The notes under the pieces were generated by a model. It made no database searches. It was not told the origin of the DNA and was given only the letters and a program-made list of their open reading frames with translations. Below, one piece after another: positions 57,526 to 64,000 of a DNA stretch of 64,000 nucleotides (the first letter of the stretch is position 1; each line of letters starts with the position of its first letter). Source of the DNA: Candidatus Heimdallarchaeota archaeon (lineage in GTDB: Archaea > Asgardarchaeota > Heimdallarchaeia > JABLTI01). A program made the translations under genes and the position numbers. Where the stretch lies: NCBI GenBank assembly GCA_018238155.1, contig JABCTZ010000032.1:288001-352000 (forward strand), written 5' to 3'.

Positions 57526-59117
57526 TTCAATACCACATGTTTTCCTGGTTGATCTTTTGACATGAGATTTCTCATACAATCTAGGAGATTTAATGAGTAC
57601 TTGTTAAGATATTGGAAGATATTAAACATTCGTTCTTGAGGTATATCACTTGGAAATAAATAGGCTCTAGTTTTAGTTAATTGATTTGTCAAAAGTTGAT
57701 TATCATTTTTAACGTATTTAATATACATCTTCTCAATATTCTTTAATTCCTTCATTATAGATTTCTTGCGATACTGTACTCGTGATCCAAGTTCCTTATT
57801 ATAATCATTAAGTTCTATATTCATACGATCTAATGTTTCAGAAATATTGCTGAAATATCCTTGTAATTTTTGTTCGTTCTCATTTGTAACGAGTTTTGTG
57901 CTCAATCTATTCAAATCACGGAGCTCTGTAATTGAAAACTTATATTTCTCAATTATTTTGTTAATGTGTTTTTCAATTACTGTTGCTCCCATTCTAAAAA
58001 CGATATTAGGTTGGGTTAAATCAAATTCCTTATATAAATCTTTGATTTGAATATGATATCCAATCTCTGAAGGACCTCCCACAAAAACATGTGTTGGAAT
58101 CATTAAATCTTGAGCAAGAGGACGAAAGATAGCATTGGTACTGAATTGTTCAGGATGAGCTTGAACTTCATTAAGAATTTCTTCTCGAGTAAATGATTTG
58201 CCATCAGATAATTCATATATTCCATTTTCTTTCAGTGTTATTGTTAATCTATTTAATTCTTCATCAATGTAGAATAATCCAACAACATTCTCTTTCTTAT
58301 GCATTTTAGGTTTATAACCTAAATCTGTCAATCTATTGGTAGTTTTTTGGAAGATAGTATTATATTTTATCGGATTGCTAAGGACAGCTGTAAAATAATC
58401 CTTCAAATGAGGTCGTAGAATTTTCGGTTCCAGTATAATAAGTCCCCATTGTCCCATTAAGTAAGAAAGTGTCCTGCTAAAGAATTCACCCCATTTCTCT
58501 GACTTTTTGAGTATGCCACTTAGTTTTTCAAAAATAGAATCAGTAAATTCCGTTTCTGTTAATGAATTTTTCATTTTATTGATAAGAGAATCTAACTTAC
58601 TGTGTTCAATTAGAACATTTTCTAAACTTTTTCCTAACAAAGCACTACTATCGAACTTAATCTGCTCAACATCATTGTTTTTATTTAAAACCCAAATATT
58701 ATCTACTTCTTCTATATCATGATCTTCAGAAGCATTCCAAAAAAGGGGTATCAGCTTTACATCATCTGTAGAATACTTTTTAGCATAATTTATTGCCGAG
58801 AATGTTTTATAGATTGTATACATATGTCCTGTAAACAGACCTGATTGTTGTCCAGTAATAACGAATTTTATCTTCTCATTTTCAATTGATTCAATATTTT
58901 CAAAGACCATACTTTGAGCATCAATTGATTTATTATATTTCATTAAAATATCTTTTAATATTCCTCTATCTCCTCGATATTTGACTGGATGCATTTTATC
59001 ATAAATGCCTCCAAAGAATTTTGACATTGGTTCTTTTCTATAAATATAATCTAATAACATTGAATTTGGATACATCAATTTTAAATCCAATAAATCAAGC
59101 TTTACTTCTTCTGCCAT
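57510..59117 (-). CDS. bshC: Bacillithiol biosynthesis cysteine-adding enzyme
   Basis: VITGQQ.GLFTG..YT.YK, FWNASEDHD..EV, S.NAIFRP..QD, GGPSEIGY, PQER. Confidence 0.92.
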   Translation of the reverse strand: MAEEVKLDLLDLKLMYPNSMLLDYIYRKEPMSKFFGGIYDKMHPVKYRGDRGILKDILMKYNKSIDAQSMVFENIESIENEKIKFVITGQQSGLFTGHMYTIYKTFSAINYAKKYSTDDVKLIPLFWNASEDHDIEEVDNIWVLNKNNDVEQIKFDSSALLGKSLENVLIEHSKLDSLINKMKNSLTETEFTDSIFEKLSGILKKSEKWGEFFSRTLSYLMGQWGLIILEPKILRPHLKDYFTAVLSNPIKYNTIFQKTTNRLTDLGYKPKMHKKENVVGLFYIDEELNRLTITLKENGIYELSDGKSFTREEILNEVQAHPEQFSTNAIFRPLAQDLMIPTHVFVGGPSEIGYHIQIKDLYKEFDLTQPNIVFRMGATVIEKHINKIIEKYKFSITELRDLNRLSTKLVTNENEQKLQGYFSNISETLDRMNIELNDYNKELGSRVQYRKKSIMKELKNIEKMYIKYVKNDNQLLTNQLTKTRAYLFPSDIPQERMFNIFQYLNKYSLNLLDCMRNLMSKDQPGKHVVLKCWMF

Positions 59118-59360
59118 TAATTTCACTTCGTAATACAATAATAATAACCCTTGAGAATATTCATTAAAGATTTGGTTAACTTATTTAACCTTGAAATTCT
59201 TTTTAGAAATGAACTGTATAAATAATTGCAGTTCTTCTAGTTAAAAAGTAACTAACTCTTAACCTATTAAAGTTAGCACAATCTGAGTTTAAAAGATAAG
59301 AAATTTTTAGCGAAAGGAAATCATAATGATGTCCTTCCGGTTAAAAAGAAAAGAAAAAAA

Positions 59361-62294
59361 TTAGAAGTAAGATTTCAGAATCTTCATAATTGAAGGTCCA
59401 TCTAAGACCTGTTTAACTTCTAATTCACGACCCTCTGAAGTAATTACTTTACCTGTTCTATTCAACCAAGCAGGTGAAGGCAAAACTAAATCGGCATTCT
59501 TGTTTTCACCCATTGATATTGTGAATCCTTTGAACTTTTTATCAGATGATCCAATAACAAGATAATTCTTTGCTTTTGGAACCTCTTTCAAACCGAGTTG
59601 TATAAGACCTACTTCATTTAGTCCTTTGTGCATAATGATTGTTGGAATGTCTCCGGGCTGTGCTGGAGCATTAACAATGACAATGTCTGGGTTTTCCTTG
59701 GTAATGATTGCTCCTTGTTTCTTAGCTATGTGAACAAAGGGTTTCAAAACAGGGTAGTCTGATAAATCAACGTCCAATTTTATGCGTTTGCTAGTAAAGA
59801 TAGATGCAAATTTGGTTGTAGAAATACCTTTATCGTAGATAGCTCCAATAGAGAATTTATGTTTCGATGCAAATTTCATTAACTCTTGTGCTTCGTCATT
59901 TGTCACACTTGGTGTTAAAACAATGGCTAAACTTCCGAGATGATCCTTAATAATAGTTTTAGCTTCATCATCAGAGATTTCTTTGAACTTGCTACCAACC
60001 TTCTGCATTGGTTTCTCTACACTTTTCTCCCAACTTCTGCCGAATCTTGGTTTATCACAAACCAAACCGTGATTCCAAGAATCATCGATAGTTGAAACAT
60101 TCACTGGAATTCCCTTGTAGATATCAATATTCATTTCACAACCCATTCCGCAATCATTGCAGACAGTTGGTTTAGGAGTAACATTCCAAGGACCATCTTT
60201 TGGATATGGAGTTTTAAGTGCAAATGCACCTGTTGGACAATCATCAACAAATTGACCAATAAAATCACCTTTAACTTCACCGAGTTTGGTTCCGGGTGGC
60301 GGGCCATTTTTTGTTGAAAATCCTCTGTTGAGATTATCAATTAATCCTTCGCCAGTTATTTCATGGGTTAAATTGATACATCTACCACACAAGATACATT
60401 TGTTATTATCAAGAATAACATTGGGATGGGATTCATCAATCACATCTGATTGTAGTTCCCCTTCAAAAGTATCTTGTTTAGCATTATACATCATTGAGTA
60501 TTCTTTCAATTTGCAATCAAAAGAATCAAGACAACCACAAGACATACACCTTTCAGTTTCTTTTAAGATATCTTCTTCTGAATGAGTTAACTCAACTTCA
60601 TCAAATGTTTTTGCGCGTTCATTTGCAGGAAGGAGCTTTGGTTTTGCTCTTTCTTGTCGTTTTCTATCTTTGTAATCTTCTTCAGTAACTTTCTTCCAAT
60701 GATTATATGGATAGTATTTTAGAAGGAATTCTTTGAGGTTTTTATCAGAATAGATTTCATCTAGATGTTCTGAAGGCTTTCGAATAATTTCTCGGATTTT
60801 AGGGAGAGTACCTTTAAGATAAAAATCAATCATTTGTGCAGCATTTTTAGACGTTGCAATAGCTTCAATGACAGTTGCTGCGCCAATTGCTACATCACCA
60901 CCAACGAACACACCTGGAAGATTAGTTTCATAGGTGATTTCATCATATTTTGCTCCGCCCCAGTTATGATGTTCCAAACCATGTTGAGCTAAGAGATCAT
61001 AATCGGGTCTTTGTCCGATTGCAAAAATGACAGTATCAACTTCAACACAATAATTTGAACCATCACAAACAATCGGTCGACTCCGACCACTTTCATCAGG
61101 TTCACCAAGCTCCATTCTAACTAATTCGACTTCTTGGATTTTTCCTTCACCAATTATACCGATTGGATTGGAAAGAATAAGAAAATTAACACCTTCTTCT
61201 TCTGCTTCTTCGATTTCAACTTGTCGAGCTGGCATTTCTTTTCTGGTTCGCCTATAGGAAAGTGAAACGTTTGCTCCGAGTCGTACGCAAGTACGTGCAA
61301 CATCCATAGCGCTATTGCCTCCTCCAACAACCATAACATTTTCACCAATATCGATTTTCTCACCCATTGCTGTTCGTTTTAAGAAATCGATTGCATCCAA
61401 AACACCTGGTATTTCGCAATTATCTACTCTTGGTTTGTAAACTTTCCAAGCACCAATGCCGACAAAAACGGCATCATGTTTCATTTGTAGCTCTTCAAGT
61501 GTAATATCAACACTGACCTTTGTGTTAGTTTTTACTTCAATACCTGTATTAATTACAGTAGCAATATCTTTGTCCAAAATAGCTTTTGGTAAACGATATT
61601 CTGGTATACCATAACGCAACATACCGCCAAGTTCTGGGAGAGATTCATAGATAGTAACTTTATGTCCTTTTATTCGTAAATAGAAAGCCGCTGCAAGACC
61701 CGCAGGACCGCCACCGACTACTCCAACACTTTTACCAGTCTCTTTTGGAATGTCAGGCATCCAAGGACCATGTTCTAAATCATAATCTGCTGCAAATCGT
61801 TTTGCTTCACGAATTGCTACAGGACCTTCGACAAGATTCCTTCTACAAGCATCTTCACAGAACGCCGGACAGACACGACCAAGTGATGCTGGTAAAATGT
61901 AATCTTGTTTCATTAAAGCAACTGCTTCATGATGTTTGCCCATAGCAATTAATGCAAGATAGTTTTGAACTTCACTTTTAGTTGGACACCCATCATTACA
62001 AGGACCGATACAATCTCCATAATGATCAGAGAGCATCAATTCAAGAGCAGTTTTTCTACTATTAATCACAACATCATTATTGATATTTATCTTGTCGTTT
62101 TCTCTTGGATAGGTTGAACAAGCAGGTAATAGACGTCCGTTGATTTCAACTAAACATAGTCTACAAGAACCATAAGGATCTAGCTCTTTTACTTTGCAAA
62201 CTCCCGCAATATGACGGTTGTTTTGCAACAAATAATCCATAATTGATGTTTTTTCAGGGAATTCTTTTTCGTCAGAATTTATTTTAACTTTCAT
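59361..62294 (-). CDS. Multidomain Fe-S flavoprotein (2Fe-2S + GltD-like FAD/NADPH + NuoG-like Fe-S + truncated Mo-bis-PGD fold), NsoC-like
   Basis: GSCRLCLVE, LGRVCPAFCEDACRR, GGGPAG, GGGNSAMD, YRR, RCMSCGC, NKCILCGRC; ATG at 62294. Confidence 0.85.
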   Translation of the reverse strand: MKVKINSDEKEFPEKTSIMDYLLQNNRHIAGVCKVKELDPYGSCRLCLVEINGRLLPACSTYPRENDKININNDVVINSRKTALELMLSDHYGDCIGPCNDGCPTKSEVQNYLALIAMGKHHEAVALMKQDYILPASLGRVCPAFCEDACRRNLVEGPVAIREAKRFAADYDLEHGPWMPDIPKETGKSVGVVGGGPAGLAAAFYLRIKGHKVTIYESLPELGGMLRYGIPEYRLPKAILDKDIATVINTGIEVKTNTKVSVDITLEELQMKHDAVFVGIGAWKVYKPRVDNCEIPGVLDAIDFLKRTAMGEKIDIGENVMVVGGGNSAMDVARTCVRLGANVSLSYRRTRKEMPARQVEIEEAEEEGVNFLILSNPIGIIGEGKIQEVELVRMELGEPDESGRSRPIVCDGSNYCVEVDTVIFAIGQRPDYDLLAQHGLEHHNWGGAKYDEITYETNLPGVFVGGDVAIGAATVIEAIATSKNAAQMIDFYLKGTLPKIREIIRKPSEHLDEIYSDKNLKEFLLKYYPYNHWKKVTEEDYKDRKRQERAKPKLLPANERAKTFDEVELTHSEEDILKETERCMSCGCLDSFDCKLKEYSMMYNAKQDTFEGELQSDVIDESHPNVILDNNKCILCGRCINLTHEITGEGLIDNLNRGFSTKNGPPPGTKLGEVKGDFIGQFVDDCPTGAFALKTPYPKDGPWNVTPKPTVCNDCGMGCEMNIDIYKGIPVNVSTIDDSWNHGLVCDKPRFGRSWEKSVEKPMQKVGSKFKEISDDEAKTIIKDHLGSLAIVLTPSVTNDEAQELMKFASKHKFSIGAIYDKGISTTKFASIFTSKRIKLDVDLSDYPVLKPFVHIAKKQGAIITKENPDIVIVNAPAQPGDIPTIIMHKGLNEVGLIQLGLKEVPKAKNYLVIGSSDKKFKGFTISMGENKNADLVLPSPAWLNRTGKVITSEGRELEVKQVLDGPSIMKILKSYF

Positions 62295-62301
62295 TTGCTG
62301 T

Positions 62302-63999
62302 TCACTCCACATCTATTGCATCAAAACGACAAGCTTGATAACAAGCACCACATTGAATGCATTTATCTTGATCAATAACATGAATGGCTTTCTTATCCCC
62401 TGTAATGGCATCTGTTGGGCATTTTCTAGCACAAGCACGACAACCAGTACAAGCATCACTTATTGTGTAAGTGAGTAATGGTTTGCAAACTTTAGCAGAG
62501 CATTTTTTGTTATTGATGTGTGCTTCATATTCACCTCTGAAATATCGCACAGTCGTTAGAACTGGATTTGGAGCTGTTTGACCCAAACCACAGAGAGAAC
62601 CTGTTTTAACTTTAGGAGATAAATCAAGTAATTTGTCAATGTCTTCTATAACGCCTTCTCCTTTAGAGATTCTATCAAGGATTTCCCATAATCTTTTGGT
62701 ACCAAGTCGACAATAGGTGCATTTGCCACATGACTCTAAAACGGTGAAATCTAAAAAGAACTTCGCAATATCGATCATACAAGAATCGTCGTCCATTACA
62801 ACCATTCCACCGCTGCCCATAATTGCACCGGTAGCATTAATGGATTCATAATCAACTGGTGTGTCAAATAGAGATAATGGAATACAGCCACCAGAAGGAC
62901 CACCCATTTGCACTGCTTTGAGTGGTTTGCCTGATTTAGTTCCTCCACCAATATCTATGAGGATTTCTTTAATGGTCATACCCATTGGAACTTCTACATT
63001 TCCACCACGCTTGATCTTTCCAGCTAAAGCGAAAACTTTTGTTCCTTTGCTCTTTTCTGAACCCATGGCAATATATTTTTGCCAACCATTAAGCAAAATC
63101 CAAGGGACATTTGCCCAAGTTTCTACATTATTAATATTGGTTGGTTTACCTTTGTACCCTTTTGTTGAGGGATAGGGAGGTCGAAGGTTTGGCATACCGC
63201 GTTTGCCTTCAAGAGAAGCAAGTAATGCTGTTTCTTCTCCACAGACAAAAGCACCTGCTCCTTCCATAATAGATAAATCGAAATCAAAACCAGAGCCAAG
63301 AATATCTTTTCCAAGGAAGCCTTTTTCTCGGGCTTGTTTGATTGCGATATCTAATCTCTTTATTGCGAGAGGATATTCTGCTCGACAATAGATGAAACCA
63401 TGATTTGCACCAATCACGTACGCACCAATAATCATTCCTTCTAAAACTTTGTGTGGGTCACCTTCCAAAACATTTCTGTTCATAAAAGCACCTGGATCTC
63501 CTTCGTCAGCGTTGCAAACAATATATTTAGGTTCACCTTGTGCCTGTCTGGTAAATTTCCATTTTAATGCTGTTGGAAAACCTGCACCACCTCTTCCACG
63601 TAAACCCGATTTAGAAAGGACATCAATAATTTCGTCAGCAGTCATTTTCAGAGCTTTTTCAAGCGCCTTGTAACCATCAACCTCAATGTATTCCTCAATT
63701 TTCTCAGGGTCAATATACCCTGAATTTTCTAAAATAATCTTGATTTGTTTTGAGAAAAAATTATCGACATCCCAAACGGTAACTGGTTTGGACTTAAATT
63801 CATCTTTTTTCACTAGAAATTCTTCAACAATTTCTCCTTTGACGATATGTTTATCGATGATTTGTTTCATTTTTTTGGTTGTCAAATCACCGTAAGTGTA
63901 GATCATATCTTCTGTAACAATATCTACTAAAGGTTCACGATAGCACATACCAGTACAACCAACATTCTTAATCTCTAACTCAATACTCTGTTCTTTAAA
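62302..63999 (-). CDS. NuoF/HydB-like FMN/NAD-binding subunit (5' truncated by window)
   Basis: SGLRGRGGAGFPT, NADEGDPGA, GAGAFVCGEETAL, ESCGKCTYCR, two C-terminal 4Fe-4S motifs; frame is open to the window end. Confidence 0.93.
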   Translation of the reverse strand, partial: FKEQSIELEIKNVGCTGMCYREPLVDIVTEDMIYTYGDLTTKKMKQIIDKHIVKGEIVEEFLVKKDEFKSKPVTVWDVDNFFSKQIKIILENSGYIDPEKIEEYIEVDGYKALEKALKMTADEIIDVLSKSGLRGRGGAGFPTALKWKFTRQAQGEPKYIVCNADEGDPGAFMNRNVLEGDPHKVLEGMIIGAYVIGANHGFIYCRAEYPLAIKRLDIAIKQAREKGFLGKDILGSGFDFDLSIMEGAGAFVCGEETALLASLEGKRGMPNLRPPYPSTKGYKGKPTNINNVETWANVPWILLNGWQKYIAMGSEKSKGTKVFALAGKIKRGGNVEVPMGMTIKEILIDIGGGTKSGKPLKAVQMGGPSGGCIPLSLFDTPVDYESINATGAIMGSGGMVVMDDDSCMIDIAKFFLDFTVLESCGKCTYCRLGTKRLWEILDRISKGEGVIEDIDKLLDLSPKVKTGSLCGLGQTAPNPVLTTVRYFRGEYEAHINNKKCSAKVCKPLLTYTISDACTGCRACARKCPTDAITGDKKAIHVIDQDKCIQCGACYQACRFDAIDVE

Positions 64000-64000
64000 C

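Noticed and set aside
1-64000. CRISPR array or cas genes
   Set aside because: No regularly spaced direct repeats with unique spacers were seen, and no cas motifs.

Overview
AT-rich archaeal chromosome segment, almost certainly from an Asgard archaeon (plausibly Heimdallarchaeia-like; inferred from gene content only). All family assignments come from motif reading by eye, not database searches. Housekeeping genes: rpoK, rps17e, intron-containing tRNA-Ile(GAT), alba, nusA-like, truD, pth2, trm9-like, hef, uppS and a geranylgeranyl reductase. Eukaryote-signature-like genes: Vps22/36 EAP30 domain, two tandem Rab-like GTPases, DC2/OSTC-like, GOLD-like, gelsolin-domain protein, two roadblock proteins, PAC4-like and TRAP-beta-like. 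Metabolic blocks: a divergent formylmethanofuran dehydrogenase cluster (fwdBD / fwdGFAC) with a distant mfnD-like ligase, a complete bacillithiol operon (bshC-bshB1-bshA), and an adjacent NuoF-like / NsoC-like oxidoreductase pair. The most notable items are the bacillithiol operon in an archaeon, a B12-radical-SAM + PGM1-type ATP-grasp ligase pair behind a hairpin-rich leader, a solo TnpB with a Fanzor-like rearranged RuvC and a visible omega-RNA, and fwdA lacking a canonical start (ATT start or -1 frameshift at A-AAA-AAT). Also seen: an unannotated C/D-box sRNA matching 23S rRNA, an Alba with a Lys-rich repetitive tail, and a tRNA-flanked islet carrying a transglutaminase-like gene. No CRISPR array or rRNA gene was seen.
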